The notes under the pieces are model-generated. The model was not told the DNA's origin. It made no database searches and saw only the letters and a list, made by a program, of their open reading frames with translations. 64,000 nucleotides of DNA from an uncultured delta proteobacterium (GTDB taxonomy: Bacteria > Myxococcota_A > Polyangia > Polyangiales > Polyangiaceae), in contig CAVQUB010000030.1 in NCBI GenBank assembly GCA_963716725.1, positions 32,001-96,000 of the forward strand, read 5' to 3'. How positions within the stretch are numbered: position 1 is the first letter of the stretch; every line of letters begins with the position of its first letter. The position numbers were made by a program, and so were the translations under genes. This document shows positions 47,174 to 56,764 of the stretch, piece by piece.

Positions 47174-49315
47174 ATGCCTCCGCCAGAGCTTCGCCACCGC
47201 ACAGAGAGGCGGGTGACCGCCGGCAGGTTCCATCCGCTTGGCCCGACGCTGCACGCGGACGGCGTGAACTTCGCTCTCTACAGCCGCGAAGCGACCGACG
47301 TCTTCCTCCTGCTCTTTGACGCCGCGGACGGCCCCCCCACCGACGTGATCCGCCTGCCGCGGAGGACGCGCTACGTCTTCCACGGGCTGGTCCACGGCGT
47401 TGGGCCCGGGCAGCTCTACGCGTACAAGGTCCGGGGCGCCTTCGAGCCCGCGCATGGGCTGCGGTTCAACGAGCACAAAGCCTTGCTCGACCCCTACGCC
47501 AGGGCGTTCACGGGCAAGGTGCAGAGCGTAAACGACGTGCTGTTGGCCTACGATCCCTATTCGCCGTCACGCGACCTCTCGCTCGACACTCGCGACTCGA
47601 CCGACGCGCTGCCCAAGTGTGTCGTCGTGGACGACCGCTTCGACTGGCAAGGAGATGTGCCACCGGACGTGCCCTTCGAGCAGCTGTTGATCTACGAGGT
47701 GCACCTGGCGGGTTTCACCGCCCACGAGTCTTCGGGCGTGCGCCAACCGGGCACGTACCTGGGCTTCATCGAGAAGATCCCGCACCTGGTCGAGCTCGGG
47801 GTGAACGCCGTCGAGCTCTTGCCCATCCACGAGCACTACGTCGAGAGCTTCTTGGTGAAGCGGGGGCTGACGAACTACTGGGGGTACAACACGCTCGGCT
47901 ACTTCGCGCCCGAGAGCTCCTACGCCTGGGGCAAGGCGCCCGCGGCATCGGTGGTCGAGATGAAGACGCTGGTTCGTGAGCTTCATCGCGCGAAGATCGA
48001 GGTGATCCTCGACGTGGTTTACAATCACACGGCCGAGGGCGACGAACTCGGGCCGACGCTGTCGTTTCGCGGAATCGACAACCGAACCTACTACCTGCTC
48101 GAAGGGCGAGCGATCGAGCCGCAGCGCCGCTACCTGAACTACAGCGGCTGCGGCAACAGCCTGAATCTGGCGGATCCGGCCGTCATCCGCCTGGTCATGG
48201 ACTCGCTCAGGTACTGGGTCGAGGTGATGCACGTGGACGGCTTTCGCTTCGACCTGGCGTCGGTGCTGGGCCGCGAGGAAGGCGCGTTCCGAGCCGCCGC
48301 GTCCTTCTTCGACGCGATTTCGCAGGATCCAGTGCTGTCGAGGATCAAGCTCATCGCCGAACCCTGGGATCTCGGTACCTATCAGGTCGGCAACTTCCCG
48401 GTGGACTGGGCCGAGTGGAACGGGCGCTTCCGGGACACGTTGCGGCGTTTCGCTCGCGGCGACTCGGAGCAGCTTCGGGAGCTGGGGTTCAGGCTCACCG
48501 GATCGCAGGATCTCTATGGCGATGACGGGCGGACCCCTTACAACAGCGTCAACTTCGTCACCTGCCACGATGGGTTCACGCTCTGGGATCTCGTCTCCTA
48601 CGACCACAAACACAACGCGGCGAACGGCGAGGACAACCGCGATGGCTGCAACGACAATCACTCGTGGAACTGCGGCATCGAAGGCGAAACCGACGATCCG
48701 CGGGTGAACGCCCTTCGCGGGCAGATCGCCAAGAATCACGTCTGTCGCCTGCTGTTTTCTGCGGGGACCCCCATGTTGCTCGGCGGCGACGAATTTTTGC
48801 GAACCCAGCGGGGCAACAACAACGCTTATTGTCAGAACAACGACATCTCGTGGATCGACTGGTCGCTGCGCGACGAGAACGCCGCTTTCTTCCGCTTCGT
48901 GCAGAAGGCGATTCAATTCAAGCGCAAATACCCGGTGCTGGCCCGGAGCAGCCACTTCTCGGGGCGCGACCAGAACATGAATCAGGAGCCCGACATCCGG
49001 TGGTATGGCCAGAATTTGGACGAGCCAGCGTGGTCCGATCCGGAGAGCCGTCTGGTCGCCTATCAGCTCGATGGTACCGAGGCGCAGCTGCGCGCCGGCG
49101 ACTACTTTCTGTTCGTGATCCTGAACGCGGATGCCCAGATGCGGGGCGTGAAGCTCCCCCAAGTCGAGGCGTACCGTTGGCACCGCGTGGTGGACACTAG
49201 CCTGCCGGAGGGTGCCGACTTCGTCGACGACGGGCAGGAGGTCTTGCTGGTTCCGCAAGGCGAGTACCTCGTCTCGGCCCGCAGCACCGTGATCTTGCTC
49301 GGCTCATCGCGCTGA
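47174..49315 (+). CDS. glgX: glycogen debranching enzyme (isoamylase, GH13)
   Basis: NYWGY, LDVVYNHT, DGFRFDLA, IAEPWD, CHDGFTL.D, GNNNAYCQ. Confidence 0.96.
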   Translation: MPPPELRHRTERRVTAGRFHPLGPTLHADGVNFALYSREATDVFLLLFDAADGPPTDVIRLPRRTRYVFHGLVHGVGPGQLYAYKVRGAFEPAHGLRFNEHKALLDPYARAFTGKVQSVNDVLLAYDPYSPSRDLSLDTRDSTDALPKCVVVDDRFDWQGDVPPDVPFEQLLIYEVHLAGFTAHESSGVRQPGTYLGFIEKIPHLVELGVNAVELLPIHEHYVESFLVKRGLTNYWGYNTLGYFAPESSYAWGKAPAASVVEMKTLVRELHRAKIEVILDVVYNHTAEGDELGPTLSFRGIDNRTYYLLEGRAIEPQRRYLNYSGCGNSLNLADPAVIRLVMDSLRYWVEVMHVDGFRFDLASVLGREEGAFRAAASFFDAISQDPVLSRIKLIAEPWDLGTYQVGNFPVDWAEWNGRFRDTLRRFARGDSEQLRELGFRLTGSQDLYGDDGRTPYNSVNFVTCHDGFTLWDLVSYDHKHNAANGEDNRDGCNDNHSWNCGIEGETDDPRVNALRGQIAKNHVCRLLFSAGTPMLLGGDEFLRTQRGNNNAYCQNNDISWIDWSLRDENAAFFRFVQKAIQFKRKYPVLARSSHFSGRDQNMNQEPDIRWYGQNLDEPAWSDPESRLVAYQLDGTEAQLRAGDYFLFVILNADAQMRGVKLPQVEAYRWHRVVDTSLPEGADFVDDGQEVLLVPQGEYLVSARSTVILLGSSR

Positions 49316-49355
49316 AGGCTGGCAGCGGCGCGGAAGTCGTGGTGGAATGGCCCCT

Positions 49356-49697
49356 ATGAAGCGCGCTTTCTCGTTCGTGGTCCTTGGCTCGTGTGTCGCG
49401 GTCGCCCTCGCTTGCTCGAAGAAATCCGATCCGCCGCCACAGGAGCCACAACCCTACTACCAGCAGCAGCCCCAGCCGTACCCGCAGCAGCAACCCCAGC
49501 CGTATCCGACCGCGCAGCCCCAGCCGTATCCGACCGCGCAGCCCCAGCCCGCGCCCACCGCCGCTCCGGCGGCGACGGGATCGGCCGGCACGCCGACGGC
49601 GATCCCCGGGGTGACCAAGAACGCCGACGGCACGTGCGCCATCATGGTGCCGGGTGGTACCGCGCCGATGGTGATGCCCTGCCCGCCAGGGATCTGA
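49356..49697 (+). CDS. small Gln/Pro-rich lipoprotein
   Basis: VAVALAC lipobox; QPQPYP repeats; terminal C...C mini-domain. Confidence 0.75.
   Translation: MKRAFSFVVLGSCVAVALACSKKSDPPPQEPQPYYQQQPQPYPQQQPQPYPTAQPQPYPTAQPQPAPTAAPAATGSAGTPTAIPGVTKNADGTCAIMVPGGTAPMVMPCPPGI
49467..49562. repeat. 24-nt coding tandem repeat x4 (QPQPYPTA-like)
   Basis: cagccccagccgtatccgaccgcg and variants in tandem. Confidence 0.85.
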
Positions 49698-49698
49698 T

Positions 49699-50928
49699 TC
49701 ACCCCCGGAGCACGTCGGCGAGTCTCTCGACGGCGTGCACGGCGGTGTCGGTGGGAACGCCGGCGAAACACAGGCGCATGAAGCCGGGCTCGCCGATGTG
49801 GCAGGCCGAGCCCGGCGTCAGGTTCACGTTTGCCAAGTCGAGCAGGCGTCGCCAGAGCGCTGCTTCGCGCTCCCAAGTGGGAGCCGAGAGGAACTGGCGC
49901 AGGTCGAGCAATAGAAAGAAGCCCGCGTCCGAGGGCAGGTAGGGCACGCCCTTGTCGGTGAGGGCAGCGGTGACGCGTCGATATGCTTCGCCGAGGCGAG
50001 CCCGCATGGTCGTGACGTAGCGGTCGACCCAGGCGTCGTCGGAGATCATCTGCCCCAACACGAACTGGGTGTGACCGGAGCAGCACGCCCAGTAAGCGAG
50101 TCCGTCGATGGCCTGGAGCACCGCGGCGTTCTCGCTGACCAAGACCCCGGCGCGCAGGCCGCTGGCGGCAAAGTCCTTCGAGAACGCCCAGACCAAGTGC
50201 AGGCGTTGGCCAAGGGTGGGGACGAGGCGGGCAGCGCTGGTGAAGGGCAGCGAGCCGAAGACGGAGAGCGCGTACACCTCGTCCATCACCAGATGCACCC
50301 CCGCGCTCGCGGCCCACTCCATCACTTGGCTGATCTCGGCTGGGGTGTACACGCGGCCCATGGGGTTGTCCGGAGACGTGAAGAGCAGCGCCCGGACCTT
50401 GCAGCCTGCGTTTGCGACGGCGCGGTCGAGCAAGGTCGGTGACAAGCGAAAACCATCGCTCGCGGAGCTGTGGACCGGAACGATGCGCAGCTCGTCCCGG
50501 GTCTCGAGATCCGGCCAGAAGCCCGCGTAGCTCGGGGTCGGGACCAGAACGCCATCTCCCGAGTCGGCGATGACGTGGAACAAGAGCTCCAGCACGCTGC
50601 CCGCTCCGTTGAGCACCGCGATTTGATCGGGTCGGACCTGGCGCCCCAGGAAGCTGCGCCCCATGAAGTGGGCGACCCTTTCGCGGAAGTCGAGGGATCC
50701 GGTCATCGCGTCGTAGCCGAGGACGCGCGGCGGGATCTCCCGAGCCTTGCCGAGCTCGGGGGAGAGCAGGTCGTGGACCAAGGTGTTCTCTGCGACGCAG
50801 AGCGGGATGTAGCCGTCGGGTCGGCTCGGATCGTGGCTCGCCGCCAAACGCGAGAAGTGCTCGCGCAGATATTCGGCCGCCGGCGGGCTCTCGACGAGGT
50901 GCCGGCCGCGGCGAGAGAGGTCGGACAT
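49699..50928 (-). CDS. class I/II PLP aminotransferase, ACC-synthase-like
   Basis: YIPLCVAEN, PTPSYAGF, PDNPMG, DEVYALSVF, FSKDFAASGLRAG, GFMRLCFA. Confidence 0.88.
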   Translation of the reverse strand: MSDLSRRGRHLVESPPAAEYLREHFSRLAASHDPSRPDGYIPLCVAENTLVHDLLSPELGKAREIPPRVLGYDAMTGSLDFRERVAHFMGRSFLGRQVRPDQIAVLNGAGSVLELLFHVIADSGDGVLVPTPSYAGFWPDLETRDELRIVPVHSSASDGFRLSPTLLDRAVANAGCKVRALLFTSPDNPMGRVYTPAEISQVMEWAASAGVHLVMDEVYALSVFGSLPFTSAARLVPTLGQRLHLVWAFSKDFAASGLRAGVLVSENAAVLQAIDGLAYWACCSGHTQFVLGQMISDDAWVDRYVTTMRARLGEAYRRVTAALTDKGVPYLPSDAGFFLLLDLRQFLSAPTWEREAALWRRLLDLANVNLTPGSACHIGEPGFMRLCFAGVPTDTAVHAVERLADVLRG

Positions 50929-50971
50929 GAGCGGAGAATAGAACAACGATTCGGACTATGCTCGCGGAGCG

Positions 50972-51454
50972 ATGTCGAATCGATTCGCCTTGCTGGCGAT
51001 TGCAGGCGCCATGTTTGCTTGTGGGGCTGCTCCGCCGCCGGCGTCGGCCCCCACGAGTTCGCCGCCGGCTCCGGCTTCGGCGGGCGAGCGATGCCTCGCG
51101 GAAGCGAGCGCGCCCCGCACACCGCGCAAAGATGCACCCGAGAAGATCACCGTGGCTCATGTGCTGGTGCGCCACCGGGAGCTGAAGCGTGCCGAGGGTG
51201 CGACCCGCACGCGCGCTGAGGCGTGTTTGCATGCGCAGAAGGCTCGCGAGAAGCTGCTCGCCGGTGCGGACTTTTCCGAGGTTGTCGCCGAATACTCGGA
51301 CAGCGGCGATGCGACTGGCGGCAAGCTCGGCAGCGTGTCGAAGTCCGACCTCGACGAGACCTTCGCGAGCGCGGCGTTTGCCCTCGACGTTGGCGAGCTC
51401 GGTCACGTCGTGGAGACGCCCCGGGGCTTTCACGTGATCGCGCGCAGCGAGTGA
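50972..51454 (+). CDS. parvulin-type peptidyl-prolyl isomerase lipoprotein
   Basis: AMFAC lipobox; AHVLV, YSD, GGKLG, FASAAFAL, VETPRGFHVI. Confidence 0.92.
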   Translation: MSNRFALLAIAGAMFACGAAPPPASAPTSSPPAPASAGERCLAEASAPRTPRKDAPEKITVAHVLVRHRELKRAEGATRTRAEACLHAQKAREKLLAGADFSEVVAEYSDSGDATGGKLGSVSKSDLDETFASAAFALDVGELGHVVETPRGFHVIARSE

Positions 51455-51461
51455 GCGGAGT

Positions 51462-54400
51462 TCAGAGCGCCGGCGGGAACAGCTTCGTGTCGATCTTGGG
51501 CTTGGTGAGCGAAGCGCTGACGGCCTTCCACGCGCCGCCGCCTTGTGAGAGCTCCAGGTCGCGATCCACGAGCGGGTCGTTGCAGCGGAGGATCATGGCT
51601 TCGATGGGCAGGTCCTGCGTCGGGAAGGTGGCGCTTGGGGCGTCGGCGGTCAGATCCGCCGTGGCGTGGCCGTGCACTTCGAGGAAGAGATCGTTGGCGT
51701 TGGCGCTGCCCACCGCGGGGCCGAGCCAGGCCCAGAGCCCGTCGCCGACGGCGTCGTCCTTCTCGCGCAGGGAGATGGAGCCCGCCGGGTGATTGAGGGT
51801 GCCCAGGTAGAGCACGACGAAGTTGAATTGATCCGAGAGTTCGGTACCGCCGAGCTGATCCAAGCCCGGCACGTTGGTGATGGCGAACTGGTTGAGCCCC
51901 GTGGGATCCGTCCACTTGGTCGGCGCGGCTCCCGCCACGATGTCTTCGCCCAGGTGGGCTTCGCTGGACTTGCCCCGGGCAAACTCCCAGATCACGGCGC
52001 GGTTCGGCGCGGTCAGGCTGCTGGCTTCGCAATAAGCGTTGGCCATGGCGCCGGTCGACGAGAACGCCCGCACGATGGCGGTCAGCCCGGTCGCCGGCGC
52101 GGGCCAGGGCCCTTCGTCGAAGACCTCGGCCTTGCCGTCCTTGGTCACTCGCAGTTGTTTGGGAGGACCAGCCAGGAGCTCGACCGTGGACGATTCTTTC
52201 TTTCCATTCTCGATGTCCGACGGCCAACCGCCTGGGACCGTGATCGTGGTGTTGACCGTCTTGCCGTCGGTCTGCACTTGCATGATGCGAAGCTGACGTT
52301 TGCGGGCCGGGCCATAGGGGTTGCGCGTCTCTGCCCAGAACAAGTTGAGGGCGTCGAACTCGAGTTGATAGGCGCGCTGCTTGCCAGCCCGCGTTTGCTT
52401 GCCATGCCAGACGGTCTTGCCGAGCGCGGCCAGAAGCTCCGCCGCGGGGCTGCCTCCACTGCCTCCGCTGCCTCCGCTGCCTCCGCTGCCGCCTCCCGTG
52501 CCGGCGAGCCCGCCGGATCCACTCGCGCCGCCCGTGCCGCCCGTGCCGCCCGAGACCACGCCGCCGCTCCCGGCGACCGCGCCTCCGCTGCCGCCAGGGC
52601 TGCCGCCGCTGCCTCCGCTGCCCCCAGCACCGCCGCCCGCCGCGCTGCTGCCGCCGTCATCTGCGCTGCACCCGGGGAGCACCAGCAAGAGAGCGAGGGC
52701 CGCGGCCCCGCGATTGCGTCGTCGGCGAGCCATCACCAGCGCGGCGAGGGCGAGCAAGGAGAGATGAGAGCCGGTGCTGCGTGCGGGGCCCGGCACCCGA
52801 CAACCACAGCCACCGTCGTCGCCGCTGCTCGACGGTCCAGTCGATGAGATGCCGCCGCCCGTCGATGCCCCGCCGTTGCCCCCGCTGCCGGTTCCTCCCG
52901 AGCCGGCGCCGCCGACACCGACTGGAGGGTCCGGCAGCCCTTGGATGGTCAGGCCAGTGCATTCCACCGACGGCGTTCCGGGCAGCGGGGGGTGTGCCCG
53001 GCTCAGACTGCCGCGATGCGCCGAGTCGCTCACCAGATCTTCGAGGGCCGTGAGCTTGCAGACGCCGGCGCTGGGCGCTGGCGTGAACGCGAAGAGCGAC
53101 CCGTCGTGGCACTCGACCGGAGCGTCGTCGTTCACCTGGGCCGACAGTACGGTCCCGGCCTTCCACAGGCTCATCAGTCCCTTCACGTCGAGGCCCAAGG
53201 GAAAGATGGCCTGACGCAGGTATTCGCAGACTCCCGCCTGCATCCAACTCGGTGTGTGTGAGGCGTCGAAGCTCGCCGGACCCACCAGTGGATCGGTGCC
53301 GGCAGGCAGCACGGAGCGGTGATCGGCGATGGCCGTCGCCGCGATGTTGAACGAGTGGCCGTAGAGCCCGCTGTCGAAGAGCTGATCGAGGAAGGTTCCG
53401 CTCTGTCCCACGGGCGCCGCCTGGGCGAGCCGCTGCAAGTACTCGGGCCGAATCTGGGCATACTGCGCCTTGTACTCGTCCACCAGATCCTGGACGTACT
53501 TGCTCGCTTCGTCGATGACGTAGGTCTTGATCGCGTCCTTGATGGGGGTCACGACCGGATCGAGCAATGCCGCGATCAAGCTCGGAATGGAGATATTCAC
53601 GCCGACGACCTGGAGCGCGCTCTGGAGATCTTGGAGCCACTGCGGGGCCACCGCCGTGGTCAGCGCCTGGTAGTCGATGGTGGTCAGATCATCGGCCCAC
53701 TTGTTGAGGGGCTGAAATAGCTGAACGACCTTCGACTTCTCCAGGGAGAGCCCGTCGCTGCCCGGGATGAGGGGGGTGTTCAGCTCGTTGGACAGGCTCT
53801 CGACCACTTGCAGGTAAGCCGGCGTGAACTTGAACAGGTCGTCGTGAAGCTTGTCGCTGATCTTGTCGAAAGCCGAGGGCAGCGGCTGGTTGGCTGCGTC
53901 GAAGCGGGGAGCGAGCAGAGCGACGTACACCTTGTACTTCCCGTACAGGCTGGCGCAACTCGCTGAGCAGGCCGTCGTGTCGTCGTTGGTGCCGAGTTTG
54001 CCGTCGGCGCCCGGCTTCACGCCCAGCGTCTTTCCATCCGCAGTGCCTGCGTTTTGCAGGTCGGCGATGCTCTTCTCGATCAGTGTCCGGATGCCTTTTC
54101 GCTCGTCGTCCAAGAAGCGCAGGTAGCGGGGGGTCAGCGCCAACGACTCGGCCGTTGCGAGCTTCGCCTGGGGGATGAGCAGCGTCAGCAGCGCGCCAGG
54201 GTTCGATGCCTTGGTGGACTCGAATTTCTCGAGGGCGGTTCCGGCCATGACCTTCCAGAGCGGGCTCTGCTCGTTGAAGTAGGCGCGCTCGACGAAGCTC
54301 TTGGGGATGGAGTGGGCGAGCTCGGTGTTCGTGAACGACTCTGGCGACAGGTTGAATGCCCCCTCTTGCACCATGTTCTCGGCGATGATGTGCCGGACCA

Positions 54401-54887
54401 CGTTACTCCAGGTCTGCTGGCGCCCGCTGGTGACCGGCGCCAAGGTGAACGTCTCCCCGGTCATCCAGTTGACGTAGTGGTGGGCAACGGCGTCCGTCGA
54501 CCCGTGCAAGAAACAACCGAGCGCGTAGGCGCGCTCCCCAGGCAAGATCGCCTCCTTGTACAAAAGCTCGCACTGCTCGTAGGGGCGCTGCCCGATGGCG
54601 TGGGAGGGGTCGGTCATGCCGGGGAAGGCCATGTTGTCCGGGCCCACTGCCCCCGCGCGGAACTCGAGGGGGTGATTGGTCAAAGCGTCTACGTCCTCTG
54701 CCTTCAGCACCACAGTGTGATTGCCGAAGCGAAGTGGAACGCCGGCGCCGCCGTGCTGGATCAGCGATTTACGCACGTCGTTGGCCAGCTTGATGTGGAA
54801 GCGGGTGGTGAACGCCGGCGCGCTCCGCGCCGCTGACAAGGTCGCGCACAGCGCCAGCGCCCCCAACCCGACGGCGAGCCTTCGCAT
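51462..54887 (-). CDS. Zn-dependent phospholipase C/P1-nuclease-fold secreted protein with internal MYXO-CTERM and a second lipoprotein module
   Basis: Signal ending APA|FTTRFH, GAVGPD, GCFLHGSTDAVAHH, HIIAE; DDGGCGC..TM..RRRR at about 52715-52820, then LALLLVLPGC. Confidence 0.8.
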   Translation of the reverse strand: MRRLAVGLGALALCATLSAARSAPAFTTRFHIKLANDVRKSLIQHGGAGVPLRFGNHTVVLKAEDVDALTNHPLEFRAGAVGPDNMAFPGMTDPSHAIGQRPYEQCELLYKEAILPGERAYALGCFLHGSTDAVAHHYVNWMTGETFTLAPVTSGRQQTWSNVVRHIIAENMVQEGAFNLSPESFTNTELAHSIPKSFVERAYFNEQSPLWKVMAGTALEKFESTKASNPGALLTLLIPQAKLATAESLALTPRYLRFLDDERKGIRTLIEKSIADLQNAGTADGKTLGVKPGADGKLGTNDDTTACSASCASLYGKYKVYVALLAPRFDAANQPLPSAFDKISDKLHDDLFKFTPAYLQVVESLSNELNTPLIPGSDGLSLEKSKVVQLFQPLNKWADDLTTIDYQALTTAVAPQWLQDLQSALQVVGVNISIPSLIAALLDPVVTPIKDAIKTYVIDEASKYVQDLVDEYKAQYAQIRPEYLQRLAQAAPVGQSGTFLDQLFDSGLYGHSFNIAATAIADHRSVLPAGTDPLVGPASFDASHTPSWMQAGVCEYLRQAIFPLGLDVKGLMSLWKAGTVLSAQVNDDAPVECHDGSLFAFTPAPSAGVCKLTALEDLVSDSAHRGSLSRAHPPLPGTPSVECTGLTIQGLPDPPVGVGGAGSGGTGSGGNGGASTGGGISSTGPSSSGDDGGCGCRVPGPARSTGSHLSLLALAALVMARRRRNRGAAALALLLVLPGCSADDGGSSAAGGGAGGSGGSGGSPGGSGGAVAGSGGVVSGGTGGTGGASGSGGLAGTGGGSGGSGGSGGSGGSPAAELLAALGKTVWHGKQTRAGKQRAYQLEFDALNLFWAETRNPYGPARKRQLRIMQVQTDGKTVNTTITVPGGWPSDIENGKKESSTVELLAGPPKQLRVTKDGKAEVFDEGPWPAPATGLTAIVRAFSSTGAMANAYCEASSLTAPNRAVIWEFARGKSSEAHLGEDIVAGAAPTKWTDPTGLNQFAITNVPGLDQLGGTELSDQFNFVVLYLGTLNHPAGSISLREKDDAVGDGLWAWLGPAVGSANANDLFLEVHGHATADLTADAPSATFPTQDLPIEAMILRCNDPLVDRDLELSQGGGAWKAVSASLTKPKIDTKLFPPAL

Positions 54888-54893
54888 TCGACG

Positions 54894-54899
54894 AGTATA
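54894..54899 (-). promoter_or_regulatory. putative -10 element (TATACT), leaderless
   Basis: 6 nt before ATG 54887, no SD. Confidence 0.6.
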
Positions 54900-54949
54900 C
54901 ACCCCTTCGGAGCCGGCCCCCCCGCTGCCGTTCGTGGTATTCGGCGGAC

Positions 54950-56719
54950 ATGACCGTGCTGGTGCTCAACGCAGGCTCGTCGTCCCTGAAGGCTCAGTTG
55001 CTCGATCCAGAGTCAGGCGCCCTGGTCGAGAAGACCATGGTCGAGCGCATCGGCGAAGCCGGGCGCACGCACGAGCTGGCCGTGACGGAGGTGCTCGAGC
55101 ACCTGAAGGGACCCGCCCTCCGCGCCGTTGGCCATCGGGTCGTGCACGGGGGCGCGGACTTCACCAGCGCCGTCGTGATCGACGACGCCGTCGAGGCCGC
55201 CATCGAGCGCTGCATTCCCCTGGCTCCGCTCCACAATCCGGCCAACCTCGCCGGCATTCGCGCCGCGCGCCGGGCGCTGCCCGGGGTGCCCCACGTGGCG
55301 GTGTTCGACACGGCGTTTCACGCGCGCATGCCGCGCCGAGCCTCGACCTATGCCATCGATCAGGAGGTCGCGCTTCAGAACGGTATCCGCCGCTTCGGCT
55401 TCCACGGGACCTCCCACGCCTATGTGGCGGATCTCGCCGCTCAGACCCTGGGGCGGCCGCTGTCCGAGCTGCGGGTGATCAGCCTGCACCTCGGCAACGG
55501 AGCCAGCGCCTGCGCCGTCGAGCACGGACATTCGACGGAGACCAGCATGGGCATGACGCCGCTCGAGGGGCTGGTGATGGGGACCCGCTCGGGTGATATC
55601 GACGCTGGAGCGGTGCTCATGCTCGTCCGCGCCGGCTGGGACGCCGAGCGGCTCGATCGGCTGCTCAACCAGGAGAGCGGTCTCAAGGGGTTGTCGGGCG
55701 TGGGCAACGACCTCAGAGACATCGAGGCGCGGGCCGAGGCCGGCGACGATCGCTGCCGGCTGGCCATCACGGTCTTCTCGCACCGCGTGCGCAAGTACAT
55801 CGGGGCCTATGCTGCGGCCATGGGCGGCCTCGACGCGGTGGTATTCACGGCGGGCATCGGCGAGAACGCCGCGACGATGCGGCGGCGCGTCCTGCAGCGC
55901 TTCGATTTTCTCGGCATCGTCTTCGACGAAGACAAGAACGCCGATGCTCGCGTGACCGCACAGTCGCCGGTCGCGTTCGTGACGGCGGAGCACTCGCGTG
56001 TGGCCGCCCTGGTGGTCAAGACCAACGAAGAGCTGTCCATCGCCCGGCAGGCCGTCGCCGTGGTCCGGGAGCGCGAGCGCGCGGCGCCGGCGACGCCGAT
56101 CCCCATCGCCATCAGCGCCCGGCACCTGCACCTGACAGCCGAGACCTTCGCGGCGCTGTTCGGCGCGGACGCCACGCCGACCCACTACCGGGACATTTCC
56201 CAGCCGGGCCAGTTCGCCTGCAAGGAGCTGGTGAACATCATCGGGCCGCGCGGTCGGATCGACGGCGTACGGCTCCTCGGCCCGCTGCGACGGTCGAACC
56301 AAGTCGAGGTCTCACGGACCGACGAGTTCAAGCTCGGGGTCGATGCGCCGATCCGCGATTCGGGCAAGACCGAAGGCTCCGCGCCCATCGTGATCGAGGG
56401 GCCCAAGGGCAGCGTCAACCTCGCGGAGGGCCTGATCTGCGCCAAGCGGCACATCCACATGGCGCCGGCAGATGCCGAACGCTTTGCTGTGCGCGACGGC
56501 GACGAGGTGGAGGTGGCGATCACCAACGGGCCACGCGACCTGGTCTTTGGCGACGTGCTCGTGCGAGTGAGCCCCAAGTACAAGCTCGAGATGCACATCG
56601 ACACCGACGAGGGCAACGCGGCAGAGCTGAACCCGGACGCGGTCGGCGAGCTCACGTACACGGACGTCCTCGGCGCCCAGGCCGTGCTGAGCACCCGACG
56701 CGTGCGACTGCCGGGTTGA
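54950..56719 (+). CDS. ackA: acetate/propionate kinase fused to PduL-type phosphate acyltransferase
   Basis: LNAGSSSLK, GHRVVHGG, APLHNP, FDTAFH, GFHGTSH, HLGNG, TNEE; then ISARHLHL, ICAKRHIHM, MHIDTDEGNA (PduL). Confidence 0.93.
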   Translation: MTVLVLNAGSSSLKAQLLDPESGALVEKTMVERIGEAGRTHELAVTEVLEHLKGPALRAVGHRVVHGGADFTSAVVIDDAVEAAIERCIPLAPLHNPANLAGIRAARRALPGVPHVAVFDTAFHARMPRRASTYAIDQEVALQNGIRRFGFHGTSHAYVADLAAQTLGRPLSELRVISLHLGNGASACAVEHGHSTETSMGMTPLEGLVMGTRSGDIDAGAVLMLVRAGWDAERLDRLLNQESGLKGLSGVGNDLRDIEARAEAGDDRCRLAITVFSHRVRKYIGAYAAAMGGLDAVVFTAGIGENAATMRRRVLQRFDFLGIVFDEDKNADARVTAQSPVAFVTAEHSRVAALVVKTNEELSIARQAVAVVRERERAAPATPIPIAISARHLHLTAETFAALFGADATPTHYRDISQPGQFACKELVNIIGPRGRIDGVRLLGPLRRSNQVEVSRTDEFKLGVDAPIRDSGKTEGSAPIVIEGPKGSVNLAEGLICAKRHIHMAPADAERFAVRDGDEVEVAITNGPRDLVFGDVLVRVSPKYKLEMHIDTDEGNAAELNPDAVGELTYTDVLGAQAVLSTRRVRLPG

Positions 56720-56764
56720 AGGTTCCGGCAGCCGCAGCCCGGGGTTCAGCGGCGAAGGGCGGGT

